Shown here: in pieces, positions 7,381 through 16,579 of the stretch
Position numbering within the stretch: position 1 is the stretch's first letter
How the letters are laid out: every line of letters begins with the position of its first letter
IMG/VR virus record: IMGVR_UViG_3300049228_000080
Span: 1-41,975 of that record
Length of the DNA: 41,975 nucleotides
Reading direction: 5' to 3' (one strand)
Source of the DNA: a virus
Taxonomy: Duplodnaviria > Caudoviricetes
Position numbers and translations under genes: made by a program
Notes under the pieces: generated by a model
What the model was told of the DNA's origin: nothing
What the model saw: the letters and a program-made list of their open reading frames with translations, nothing else
Databases searched by the model: none

Positions 7381-7640
7381 ATAAGGAATTCACCTTGAAG
7401 GAGTATATCGCTGAACACAGCCTGGGAGTGGCTGACCGCGACGTGTATAGCATGAAAATCGTGGCCAAGCACCTTCTGTCCTTGGGGTACAAGAGGGAAA
7501 GAAGGAGGCATGTGGTGGAGGGCCAGCCCGGCCCCACCAAGGCCGAATTCGTTTACACCAAAAACGACAGACAGAAGGACTTAGAGATCCTGCAGGCCAA
7601 GCTCGAAGATCTGGCTAAGAAGGAGCAAACAGGCAGGTAA
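7377..7640 (+). CDS. hypothetical protein
   Basis: 87 aa, coupled start. Confidence 0.65.
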   Translation: MNKEFTLKEYIAEHSLGVADRDVYSMKIVAKHLLSLGYKRERRRHVVEGQPGPTKAEFVYTKNDRQKDLEILQAKLEDLAKKEQTGR

Positions 7641-7701
7641 CGGATGATCGTTGGTGGCATGCTTAGGCATGGCAGGCGTGGTGCCTGCGGAGGGTAGGAA
7701 A

Positions 7702-7830
7702 ATGAAAAGGCCACATATTCACTTCTGGGATGGTCAGTGGCGGGTGCGGTTTGGCGACAATTGCCCGAAAGAATGGGTCCGCATGGCCCTGACTTACGTG
7801 GGTAACAAGAACCGGAGGGCACTAAAGTGA
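7702..7830 (+). CDS. hypothetical protein (42 aa)
   Basis: MKRPHIHFWDGQW...; purine-rich Shine-Dalgarno; GTGA overlap with the next gene. Confidence 0.55.
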   Translation: MKRPHIHFWDGQWRVRFGDNCPKEWVRMALTYVGNKNRRALK

Positions 7831-8075
7831 GCAATCTCATAAGAGATTTTCACATTTCAGTGATGTATTATGAAAATGAGGGTGGAGCTGACTCTACGGA
7901 AGATGGATGGTACTTCGCTTTCAGTGAGCAGTCCAGCGCCCCACCTGGAGAGCCTGAAGGTCCTTACAACACCGCAGGAGAAGCTCTGCGCGCGGCGGCG
8001 CATGCAGCCGACCATTGGGAGGTCATGTACGTAGATGCTCTACCGGGCACTGGGCCGAAACAGGGAGATGAGTGA
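7827..8075 (+). CDS. small acidic early protein, paralogue family B (copy 2)
   Basis: GGAGG Shine-Dalgarno; shares the motif of 6259-6453. Confidence 0.7.
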   Translation: MSNLIRDFHISVMYYENEGGADSTEDGWYFAFSEQSSAPPGEPEGPYNTAGEALRAAAHAADHWEVMYVDALPGTGPKQGDE

Positions 8076-8226
8076 CATGCTCACCCGCTACGCCCTGGAA
8101 ATGAGGCGTGGCAATGAATTGATTCAATTCATTGTCGTGGTGGCTACTAGTGGAAGTCTGCAGTATATACAGACGGCGATGGAAAAAGATGGATGGGTCA
8201 TGGTCCAGTGGCGACCTGTGCCGTGA
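8068..8226 (+). CDS. hypothetical protein
   Basis: MSDMLTRY...; operon packing. Confidence 0.5.
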   Translation: MSDMLTRYALEMRRGNELIQFIVVVATSGSLQYIQTAMEKDGWVMVQWRPVP

Positions 8227-8459
8227 CTGACCATCGCTTTGGCGACAATGAATACTGCATCCGAGATGATGGATGGTGTTATTCAGTCGCCAAGTTTGAT
8301 GGAGGAAAGAGGCCAGCGGCGGTGTATACGGTGATTTCGGATGGATGCTCTTGCCCGGCAAGAGTGATAGGATGTAAGCACGTACGGATAGTGGAAAGGT
8401 GGAAAGGGTTGGGTAAGCCATGGATGGTCTGGTTCAATGACAAAGGCGAGGTATTGTGA
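8193..8459 (+). CDS. SWIM-type zinc-finger protein (start possibly GTG 8223)
   Basis: CSCPARVIGCKH matches CxC-xn-CxH. Confidence 0.6.
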   Translation: MGHGPVATCAVTDHRFGDNEYCIRDDGWCYSVAKFDGGKRPAAVYTVISDGCSCPARVIGCKHVRIVERWKGLGKPWMVWFNDKGEVL

Positions 8460-8627
8460 GAGTTCCTAAAGAAGCTAAGATATTTAGCACGACAACTGTG
8501 ATTTCCCTGAACCGTATCGGGAAGTGGGACAGACATACGTATGCAACGGTGGAGTTAAAGCTTGAAAACATGGGGTATGAAAAGACTTACAAAAAGGGAC
8601 AACGGGGAACTCATTGGCGCAAGCCCT

Positions 8628-8890
8628 CTTAACTGTAAGTGTTGTGTCTTAACTGATCTTAACTGTAACCAGTTAAGGGGTAAGTGCTTGAATCGTAAGG
8701 TAAATATGCTGATCTTAACTGATTTACTGATTATGGGGTATATACATACGCACAATAACATATGAAGTATTCTATGTATATTATATAGGGTTTGGTAAAA
8801 CCACAGTAAATCGGTTAAGATCAGTTAAGCTGTTGTTTTACATGGCAAAAGACAGTTAAGACAGGCAATATTATCGGGGAATCAGTTAAG
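8628..8890. repeat. CTTAACTG/CAGTTAAG iteron-like repeats around an AT-rich core (candidate origin)
   Basis: CTTAACTG at 8628, 8648, 8658, 8714; reverse complement at 8670, 8822, 8853, 8883; variant at 8812. Confidence 0.75.
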
Positions 8891-9349
8891 ATTTACAGCT
8901 ACCACAACAGTACCAATCCACTCACTTACCTACACCTTCGCCGTTCGATGGGGGACGACGAGCGAAATCCGACTCCGTTTTCACGTTCCACGAGTCAAAA
9001 TGCGTGATTTTTGACTCATTCATCCTTCATCCATGTTCCCCAATCCCGATTCGGGATTAGATCATCCCAATTCGCATGTCGCGAGCCGATCATCGTTCAT
9101 TCCTTTCCATGATCAAAAGGATCGGGATAGGGTGTACGTAATTTAATACGTACCAAATTAAATACGTAGCTTGCTACCTACATGTAAGCCCGGCTTATAT
9201 AAGGCAGCCTTACATACTACATTTTACATATTGCGTGCGCGCACGCGCGTTTAACATAATACTTTGCAACTTGCAAGCTGGGGCTTGCAAACATTTGGCA
9301 GGTATGGCAGGCTGCATGCACTAGCAATTTGCTAGCTACTTGGTAGGTA

Positions 9350-9712
9350 ATGGCACACATGGCTAAGGCAACAACTACGGCAGCCCCCGCTGCCACGGCA
9401 CCCAACACCAACCCCACCACTGCGGTAAACGCAGGCCCACAGTACCGGCCATTGCCGGGCGTAATTGGGCTTACCCCTGCGGCAGCTAAGGCTACCTTTA
9501 GGGGTGCGCGTGGGGCATGGTTTGCTGTGCTGCAGGCACACAACGGACAGCCTGCCAATAACTATTTGGCCGCCTGTGTGGCCAAGCCCCCAAGCTTGCC
9601 AGCAAGTGGCAGGGCTGAAGCCCCTACAGGCTGGCTTAGCTGGTTTGTACGCAATGGTTACGCTACGGTAACCATGCCAAGCGGCACCCAGCTTATACCG
9701 CCCAAGGGCTAA
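9350..9712 (+). CDS. hypothetical protein, paralogue family A (copy 2), inside the TpC-free island
   Basis: FRGARGAWF...PPSL...AEAPTGWLSWF aligns with the 5316-5696 product; followed by a terminator. Confidence 0.85.
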   Translation: MAHMAKATTTAAPAATAPNTNPTTAVNAGPQYRPLPGVIGLTPAAAKATFRGARGAWFAVLQAHNGQPANNYLAACVAKPPSLPASGRAEAPTGWLSWFVRNGYATVTMPSGTQLIPPKG

Positions 9713-9727
9713 GGTGGCCTGTGGTAT

Positions 9728-9759
9728 GGGGGCTAGCTGTGCAGGCTAGCCCCCTTTTT
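9728..9759 (+). terminator. Rho-independent terminator
   Basis: GGGGGCTAGC-7 nt-GCTAGCCCCC followed by TTTTT. Confidence 0.85.
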
Positions 9760-9772
9760 GTGCATGCGGAAT

Positions 9773-9841
9773 TTAACATAACATGTCTTAACATAACGCG
9801 CGAGTCGCGATTATGTTAAATCGTCTATTAACGTTAATAGA
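9773..9841. repeat. TTAACATAA repeats, inverted repeat and an 18-bp palindrome
   Basis: TTAACATAA at 9773 and 9788 (also 9251), inverted at 9811; TCTATTAACGTTAATAGA at 9824-9841. Confidence 0.7.
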
Positions 9842-10073
9842 AAAAGGCCCCCCGGAGTGTTCGTAAAATAAAAAGCACACAAACAATCACTCCATCTCCA
9901 CGTCCACTTTCTTCTTATTTTTGATTTTCATAATATAATAATCATAGCCCTTGTTATACGAATGTGACTTTCCCCTGTGTGAGTCTTTATAGTACTTTCT
10001 AGATTTTCCAGATTTAGCATCTTCAAACCCTTCAGAGGACAACCCTACGAATGGATTTTTCATTCCAGTCTTG

Positions 10074-10361
10074 TCATTGCCTTGTCCCGGAAGCTATGTA
10101 GTGGATCTCACTATCCGCCGTCTCGGTTAAGGATACTAGTCCAAACCGCAGTAACCTCCTACACGCTCCAACATCGGGTATGTTGCTTAGAGCACAGAAG
10201 AATAGCGCCCCTTCTACATCCATTTCCTTCTGCACCACGATGGTCGCATAGTTCAGAGGCATGCTCACCTCCAAAGCATATTTCTCAATTACCTCGTTTA
10301 GCTCCCGTTCCATTCGTTTCATGACTTCCGTCATTTCATTCGCGTCCACAACCCTCTCCAT
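10074..10361 (-). CDS. hypothetical protein
   Basis: ORF in a short minus-strand operon; start uncertain. Confidence 0.55.
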   Translation of the reverse strand: MERVVDANEMTEVMKRMERELNEVIEKYALEVSMPLNYATIVVQKEMDVEGALFFCALSNIPDVGACRRLLRFGLVSLTETADSEIHYIASGTRQ

Positions 10362-10614
10362 CTTTCAAGTTCGGCAAGAACGCCCCCGGCCAGTTACGAT
10401 CCGACCGCATACGATACAGTCCCCTCGGCACTGGGACCAGAGCCTCTTCCGAATGTTGCATGCCGAGGGGGCGTACGACGCGTAGATAGAACCTCCCAGA
10501 GGCGTCACATTCCACGATTGCCACAGTATCGATTCTCTCGCCAATTTCATCATCTGTGGTTGGTTCCAACAGGGTGTCCCCCACCCCAAATGGACCCGAC
10601 TGCCTGATGCACAT
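10336..10614 (-). CDS. hypothetical protein
   Basis: One of two overlapping frames (alternative 10365-10625); cannot be resolved firmly. Confidence 0.35.
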   Translation of the reverse strand: MCIRQSGPFGVGDTLLEPTTDDEIGERIDTVAIVECDASGRFYLRVVRPLGMQHSEEALVPVPRGLYRMRSDRNWPGAFLPNLKDGEGCGRE

Positions 10615-10621
10615 GACTCTT

Positions 10622-10834
10622 TCACCTCGTTACTACTCTGGTTGACGTATAGATATCTTCAGGTAAGCAGAAACTCATAAACTGTAGACGCTTTCTATCT
10701 ATGATACTCTGCGCAGCAGAGTTCATCATGGTGTCACACTCTCCCTTAGTGTCGTACACCCCCACCACATGTTCTTCTTTCCCTCCAAGGATAATGAATA
10801 TCAAAACCCACTTTTCCATGTCGTAGTCCCTCAC
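10622..10834 (-). CDS. hypothetical protein
   Basis: Hydrophobic N-terminus and two Cys; TATAAT upstream. Confidence 0.55.
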   Translation of the reverse strand: MRDYDMEKWVLIFIILGGKEEHVVGVYDTKGECDTMMNSAAQSIIDRKRLQFMSFCLPEDIYTSTRVVTR

Positions 10835-10934
10835 TTAACCCTGTTACCCCACACGCCATTATAGGCCGTGACCATTGCGTGACCCACACTCTTTGTGTTA
10901 CCATCTACCCCTTCACATTCATGTGAAGGGTTTC

Positions 10935-11315
10935 ATGGACTTCCTTCCGAAAGAACCTGTCTGGGATAACGATCTCTATTCTGAACAGATGCATGAGATC
11001 CTTTCCGATCATGCGAAGAAAGCCCATCTTGTCCTCCAAGCCCCCAGAAGGAAGTTTGAGCGTGAGCGTTTTTTGGGCGCCATGGCAGAAGCGTTTGAGG
11101 CTATAGGGGGCGTAACGAGATTCGCCATGTGGGCAGACTCCAACCCCACTGAGTTTTACAAGCTCATGGGGAAGACTATCCCGCAGGCCTCCTTATTGGA
11201 CATCCAGGGCAAGATGCAGATGCAGATCCTTCCAGCCCTCGCACCATCCGCACTAGATGACCTTCCGATTGACATCACCCCGGAGCAGAGAAATGTTAAA
11301 GATCAAGACGACTAA
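10935..11315 (+). CDS. terS: terminase small subunit (putative)
   Basis: GG...WAxxNPxEFYKL motif; upstream of TerL; promoter TTGCGT-N18-TACCAT at 10875. Confidence 0.7.
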   Translation: MDFLPKEPVWDNDLYSEQMHEILSDHAKKAHLVLQAPRRKFERERFLGAMAEAFEAIGGVTRFAMWADSNPTEFYKLMGKTIPQASLLDIQGKMQMQILPALAPSALDDLPIDITPEQRNVKDQDD

Positions 11316-11430
11316 CGGCCACGAATGCTACATTGAGGATGAGGATCTCAAGCACTACAAGAACGCAGAGGTGCTAGAAGAGGATGCAGACCCATCTGCC
11401 GCGGTAGAAGAGACTGAGGAAGAAGAGTAA
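11293..11430 (+). CDS. small acidic protein (45 aa)
   Basis: MLKIKTTNGHECYIEDED...EEEE; fills the terS-terL gap. Confidence 0.5.
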   Translation: MLKIKTTNGHECYIEDEDLKHYKNAEVLEEDADPSAAVEETEEEE

Positions 11431-11436
11431 CCTCAA

Positions 11437-12810
11437 TTGGAGATTTCTGACAATATAGTTCGCATTCCGTACGTCCCCAGGGAAGCGTTCAGAAATTTCC
11501 ACAATCGTTCGACACGTTTTGCCTGCATGGTGGCTCACCGCCGTGCAGGCAAGACGGTAGCCTCCATAAATGAGATTATCGGCCGTGCGATTCACTGTAA
11601 GAAAAAGCGCCCGAGGTATGCCTACCTCGCTCCCCTGCTCAAGCAGGGTAAGAAAATCGCATGGGAGTACCTCAAAGAGTACACCCAAGGTCTGGAGAAG
11701 AAGAAGCCCTCTGAATCTGACCTTTCCGTCGTTCTGCGCCACAATAACGCGGAGATAGGAATTTATGGAGCAGACAACCCCGACGCTATCCGTGGTCAGT
11801 ACTTTGACGGGGTGGTACTTGATGAGTACGGAGACATGTCTCCAGGGGCGTGGGGTAAGGTCGTTCTTCCCACTTTGGCTGACCGCCGAGGTTGGGCGGT
11901 GTTCATTGGTACGTTCAAGGGGAAGAATCACTTTTATAAGATCTTCCGCCGCAGCCAAGGACTTGACCTAAAGTCAGGAGAAGATCCAAACTACTACAAG
12001 ACCAACTGGTTCAATCTCCTTCTCAAAGCGTCCCAGTCAGGGATTCTCTCAGAAGAAGATTTATACATCCAGCGGGCGGAGATGGATGATGAAGAATTCG
12101 CCCAAGAGTACGAATGTGACCCGAATGCAGTTGTCAAGGGTAGCTATTATGCGAAACTCATCACCAAACTTGAGCAGTCCGGCCATATCTACGCTGATAT
12201 CTCTCATGATCCGGATCAGCCTGTGGAGGTGGTATTTGACCTCGGCTATACAGATTCTACTGCGGCATGGTTTTGGCAGAAAAGGCCGGGGGGCATTGCG
12301 GTCATTGACTATCTTGAGGCAGACAGTCAGCCGCTATCTTACTATTTTGCTGAACTCTGGGGACGCTCATACAACTACTCAACTGTTTGGCTGCCTCATG
12401 ACGCTAAAGCAAAGTCGCTTCAAACCGGAAGATCTACAGTTGAGCAGTTCTTGGGTGAGGGCTTCCCTGTTAGAATCGCTCCGAACTTAGGATTGCAAGA
12501 TGGCATATCCGCTGCGCGCAAGGTTCTACCTGACTGTTTCTTCTCAAGTAAGACAGAGTATGGAATCGAGGCTCTGCGAGCTTATAAACGAGCGTTTAAC
12601 GACGAGAAGAAAGCGTTTACCGATGCCCCCCAACACGATTGGTCGTCTCATGGAGCAGACGCGTTCCGCTATCTTTCGCTCGTGGCCCAAGGACTTGCTA
12701 TTGACGGGGATGACGACAAAAAAGTCGTAGTCGCCACCCCAAAAATGATGTTAGAAGAACTTTTCCAAGCCCGTGAGCAACGCTTGCGGATGATGCGGAG
12801 ACGAGCATGA
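11437..12810 (+). CDS. terL: terminase large subunit
   Basis: AHRRAGKT Walker A, VVLDEY Walker B, FDLG and HDWSSHGADAFRY nuclease motifs. Confidence 0.95.
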   Translation: MEISDNIVRIPYVPREAFRNFHNRSTRFACMVAHRRAGKTVASINEIIGRAIHCKKKRPRYAYLAPLLKQGKKIAWEYLKEYTQGLEKKKPSESDLSVVLRHNNAEIGIYGADNPDAIRGQYFDGVVLDEYGDMSPGAWGKVVLPTLADRRGWAVFIGTFKGKNHFYKIFRRSQGLDLKSGEDPNYYKTNWFNLLLKASQSGILSEEDLYIQRAEMDDEEFAQEYECDPNAVVKGSYYAKLITKLEQSGHIYADISHDPDQPVEVVFDLGYTDSTAAWFWQKRPGGIAVIDYLEADSQPLSYYFAELWGRSYNYSTVWLPHDAKAKSLQTGRSTVEQFLGEGFPVRIAPNLGLQDGISAARKVLPDCFFSSKTEYGIEALRAYKRAFNDEKKAFTDAPQHDWSSHGADAFRYLSLVAQGLAIDGDDDKKVVVATPKMMLEELFQAREQRLRMMRRRA

Positions 12811-15014
12811 CCGATGAAGTCGTTGAAGATCGTAAAGAAACCTCCAAAGAGGCCTCAGATCGTTGGGGTAAAGAGATTTCTGACTCAAAGAAGTGGTTTA
12901 AGAAATTTCACACTAGAGGTATGAAGGTAAACAAGGCATTTCTTGACGAGAATCGTGAAGGAGACGACCTTTCTGAATCTTTTGTTACCCGCCTCAACCT
13001 ATTCCATGCTAATATTGTCACTTTACTGAGCATGTTGTATGGACGGATTCCCAAAGTTGAAGTTGACAGACGATTTGCGGACGCAGATGATGACGTGGCT
13101 CGGGTTGCGGGCCTTATGCTCACGCGAATCCTCAACACAGATATCGAAACGGCTGGCGAAGATATCGCGTCAGTGTTCAGAAGCTCACTCCAGGACCGTC
13201 TCCTTCCAGGTCTCGGGACTGCACGAGTCCAGTATCAGTTCTCAGAGAAAGATGAGGTAACTGAGGCTATTTCGGACAGTGAGACAGACGAAGAACTCGC
13301 GCCGGAAGTCTCAGAACCACAGATTACGGATGAGTGGGTAGACATTGTCTACACTCACTGGAAAGATGTCCTTTGGTCCCCGTGCAGGACCTACATAGAG
13401 CTGCGTTGGAAGGCTTATCGTTCTTATCTCACAAAGCCGAAGCTAAGGGCGAGATTTCCCAAGGTAGATCTGACTAAGATCAATTTTTCCTCCAAGGGGC
13501 CTCTTGGAAAGAATAAAGTTGATACAGATTGCATCCCAGAAAACTCAGAGGCTGAGGTTTGGGAGATTTGGGATAAGGATTCGATGAAGGTTTACTGGTG
13601 GACGGAGGGGTATGGCCAACTCCTGGATGTTAAAGACGATATTCTAGGGTTGGAGGGCTTCTGGCCCGAACCGCCGCCGATGCTGACCAATGTCACTACC
13701 TCAAAGTATCTCCCAAAGTCAGATTATGATCTCGCACGAGACCTGTACCAGCAGATTGACGAACTCGAGTCTCGAATCACGCTTCTCACCGAAGCCTGTA
13801 AGTGCGTTGGTGTTTACGATGCCTCTAACGAGGGTATTCAACGAATATTTAATGAAGGAGTTGAAAATCAACTCATCCCAGTTAAGAACTGGGCCCAGTT
13901 CAGCGAAAAAGGTGGTCTGGCGGGAGTAGTTGATTGGGTACCGCTGGAGGACGTCGTAAACACGATTTCTGTCTTGTCTGAGCAGCAGACGGCGAAGATT
14001 CAGCAGCTTTATCAGGTTACTGGAATGAACGATGTCATGCGCGGTGCGGCGCAGACAGAAGGAACGCCAGTTTCGGCTACAGAACGGAAAATTCAGGCGA
14101 ATTATGGTTCCATTCGCATCGAGGCTCTTCAGAACGAGTTTGCGCGGTGGGTCAGCGATACACAGGCGCTCAAAGCGGAAATTATCGCTAAGCACTATCA
14201 GCCATACTGCATTATCCAGCAGTCCAATATTATGTCCACAGTTGATGGACAGAATATGGAGCTGGTGGATGCGGCGATCAAACTCATCAAGGATCCCTCT
14301 AAGTCGAGATGGAAAATTACCGTCCGACCTGAAACTCTGGCAATCGCCGATTATGCACAGCTCAAGGCCGACCGTGTAGAGTTTATGATGGGGCTGGCGC
14401 AGTTTCTACAATCTGCGGCCCCGCTTCTTGAGGAGAAGCCAGAGGCGATGCCCTTGTTGATGAAGATGCTCAAATGGAGCATGGCAGGGTTCAAGGGTTC
14501 TTCAGAAATTGAGGGTATCCTGGATCAAGCCATTGGGGCTATGGAGAAGCAGCCACCTCAGCAGAAGCCAGATCCTGAGGCCCAGAAGGCTCAGATGGAA
14601 ATGCAGAAGATGCAGGGCGAGATGCAGATGCAGAGGGAAGAGCATCAGGCCAATATGCAGATTGCCCAGCAGAAAGGGCAGATGGAAATGCAGCAGATGA
14701 TGATGAAATTCCAACTAGAGCTTAAGAAGCTTGAAATGGAAATGGAATTCAAGCAGAGAGAGCTTGAATTGAAGATGCAAGAGATGCAGGCCCAACTTGG
14801 CATGAAGATCGAAACAGCCAAGGTCGAGGCTGAGGCAACAGAACAAGAGCAGGCGGCCCAGTTCGCCTTCAACACGGCTGAGAAAGAAAAGGATATGGAG
14901 GTAAGCGAACATGCGGCGCAGGTACAGATGGAATCCGGAGACGCAGAGCTTGATAGAGATCGTCAACGAGCAAAGCTCAAGCCTAAGTCCAATGGTGATG
15001 CCGGATCTACCTGA
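12807..15014 (+). CDS. portal protein with a long Q/M/E coiled-coil C-terminus
   Basis: 735 aa directly after terL; P22-like C-terminal coiled coil. Confidence 0.85.
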   Translation: MTDEVVEDRKETSKEASDRWGKEISDSKKWFKKFHTRGMKVNKAFLDENREGDDLSESFVTRLNLFHANIVTLLSMLYGRIPKVEVDRRFADADDDVARVAGLMLTRILNTDIETAGEDIASVFRSSLQDRLLPGLGTARVQYQFSEKDEVTEAISDSETDEELAPEVSEPQITDEWVDIVYTHWKDVLWSPCRTYIELRWKAYRSYLTKPKLRARFPKVDLTKINFSSKGPLGKNKVDTDCIPENSEAEVWEIWDKDSMKVYWWTEGYGQLLDVKDDILGLEGFWPEPPPMLTNVTTSKYLPKSDYDLARDLYQQIDELESRITLLTEACKCVGVYDASNEGIQRIFNEGVENQLIPVKNWAQFSEKGGLAGVVDWVPLEDVVNTISVLSEQQTAKIQQLYQVTGMNDVMRGAAQTEGTPVSATERKIQANYGSIRIEALQNEFARWVSDTQALKAEIIAKHYQPYCIIQQSNIMSTVDGQNMELVDAAIKLIKDPSKSRWKITVRPETLAIADYAQLKADRVEFMMGLAQFLQSAAPLLEEKPEAMPLLMKMLKWSMAGFKGSSEIEGILDQAIGAMEKQPPQQKPDPEAQKAQMEMQKMQGEMQMQREEHQANMQIAQQKGQMEMQQMMMKFQLELKKLEMEMEFKQRELELKMQEMQAQLGMKIETAKVEAEATEQEQAAQFAFNTAEKEKDMEVSEHAAQVQMESGDAELDRDRQRAKLKPKSNGDAGST

Positions 15015-15270
15015 GTTTCAGGCACCAGATGGTACGGTGATCAATGGGCGCGTACAGTATGAGCGGTATTGTAAGGAGAAAGGGGTCACGAACCCCGCGG
15101 ACTTCGGAGATGAATGGGCTAAGAAAAGCGCTGAAAGAGATAAGTTCTTTACTCCAGGCGCGAGAGCTGGCAGCGAAGAACGCAAGCGCGTCTTAGCACA
15201 GAATTATAAAGAGTTTCGCACGTATGGCGAATACAGACAAATGATCGACAATATTGGACGGAGAAAATAA
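14911..15270 (+). CDS. hypothetical head-region protein
   Basis: RYRWNPET...VMPDLPEFQAPDGTVINGR between portal and scaffold. Confidence 0.65.
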   Translation: MRRRYRWNPETQSLIEIVNEQSSSLSPMVMPDLPEFQAPDGTVINGRVQYERYCKEKGVTNPADFGDEWAKKSAERDKFFTPGARAGSEERKRVLAQNYKEFRTYGEYRQMIDNIGRRK

Positions 15271-15271
15271 G

Positions 15272-16417
15272 ATGGCTGACCAGACGCGCCGAGAGCTCCT
15301 AGAAACTGCTTGGACGGAATCGGAGAAAGATGATGACGTTGCAGTCGTTGACGATGACAAGGATCTGGCTGGAAGAGGTAAGCCAGATCTCACCGGAGAT
15401 GTGGTTGAAGATTCGGACACACCTGAAGCCGGATCCGAAGATAGCCCAGTTCTGGAAGATAAAGGGAAGAAGATTGAAAAAGAGCCAAAGAAGCCTGCGG
15501 CAGATGAGACGCAAGGCAAGGAAGCCGCCGCAGCAGCAGCCGAACCAGACAGTGGGGATCTTGGACGACCCGCTGAACCGGTAGCCGACAAGGCCCCTAC
15601 AGCCTGGAAGCCGGGAGCCCGCGAGCACTGGGCTAAACTTCCTCCAGACGTGCGAACCGAGATTAATCGCCGGGAGTTGCATATTCGTCAGACTCTGTCT
15701 CAGACTGCTGGAGTTCGACAATTTGCGCAGGAATTCGCACAGGTAATCAACCCTTATTCTCATCTTATACGTGCACAGAATTCAACTCCCATTCAGGCTG
15801 TGAGAAATCTCATGGGGACTGCAGCGGGGTTGATGCAGGGTAGTCAACAGCAGAAATCTGCTATACTGGCTGAGATTTGTCAGAACTACGGGGTAGATCT
15901 CGTTGAATTTGACAAGTATCTGTCAACCAACTGGGACGTACAGGCCGGACGACTGAAAAATGGCGGGAATCAGCAGAGGATGGAGGCTCCTCCGCAGTGG
16001 GCTCAGCCTCTACTTGCGATGCAACAGCAGATTCAGCAGACCATGGAGGCCCAGGAGCAGAGAACTCGGCAAGAGGCAGATGAAAAGATTGCTGCTATGG
16101 AGTCTCAGCCATTCTTTGAGGATCTTAGGGATGATATCGCTGATATCATGGAGATTGCGGCGAAGCGCAACATTTCTATGACTATTCAGAAGGCTTATGA
16201 GAAAGCGATTCAGCTGAGTCCGGAGATCTCAAAGATTATGACCCAAAGGAAAAAGGCTACAGATTTAGCAAAGGGGAACAAGACTATCAGCAGAGCGAGA
16301 CGAGCTTCTTCCTCAATTTCTGGTGGTCCTGTCGGTGCTGGAGCTGGGAATAAGAATAGTAATGAGGTGAAATCTCGTAGAGATCAGATTAGCGAAGCTT
16401 GGGAAAACGCCGAATAA
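15272..16417 (+). CDS. capsid scaffolding protein
   Basis: Acidic N-terminus and helical body; precedes the major capsid gene. Confidence 0.7.
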   Translation: MADQTRRELLETAWTESEKDDDVAVVDDDKDLAGRGKPDLTGDVVEDSDTPEAGSEDSPVLEDKGKKIEKEPKKPAADETQGKEAAAAAAEPDSGDLGRPAEPVADKAPTAWKPGAREHWAKLPPDVRTEINRRELHIRQTLSQTAGVRQFAQEFAQVINPYSHLIRAQNSTPIQAVRNLMGTAAGLMQGSQQQKSAILAEICQNYGVDLVEFDKYLSTNWDVQAGRLKNGGNQQRMEAPPQWAQPLLAMQQQIQQTMEAQEQRTRQEADEKIAAMESQPFFEDLRDDIADIMEIAAKRNISMTIQKAYEKAIQLSPEISKIMTQRKKATDLAKGNKTISRARRASSSISGGPVGAGAGNKNSNEVKSRRDQISEAWENAE

Positions 16418-16579
16418 AAAATCACTTGCAATTCAGCAAACGGGGGTGCTACGATTCGCCCCCGTGAGCTGAAGGCTAGAGCGATCCCATTCGTCCTCAT
16501 CCACCACGTTGAGGCGGACGATACCTCCCAAGACAGAAGCTGTTGACAGACAGTATTCATTCTACTTTGGAGGAATTCC

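Noticed and set aside
8555-8765. ORFs on both strands over the iteron region
   Set aside because: Repeat-derived sequence, no convincing Shine-Dalgarno, no protein-like features.
8628-8890. CRISPR array
   Set aside because: Repeats are 8 bp, irregularly spaced and in both orientations; no cas genes.
9305-9320. Sigma54 promoter TGGCAGGCTGCATGCA
   Set aside because: It fits GG-N10-GC spacing here, but the other two TGGCAGGC copies do not, so it cannot be supported.
14540-14900. CAG/ATG-rich repetitive DNA in the portal gene
   Set aside because: Explained by the Q/M/E coiled-coil protein sequence.
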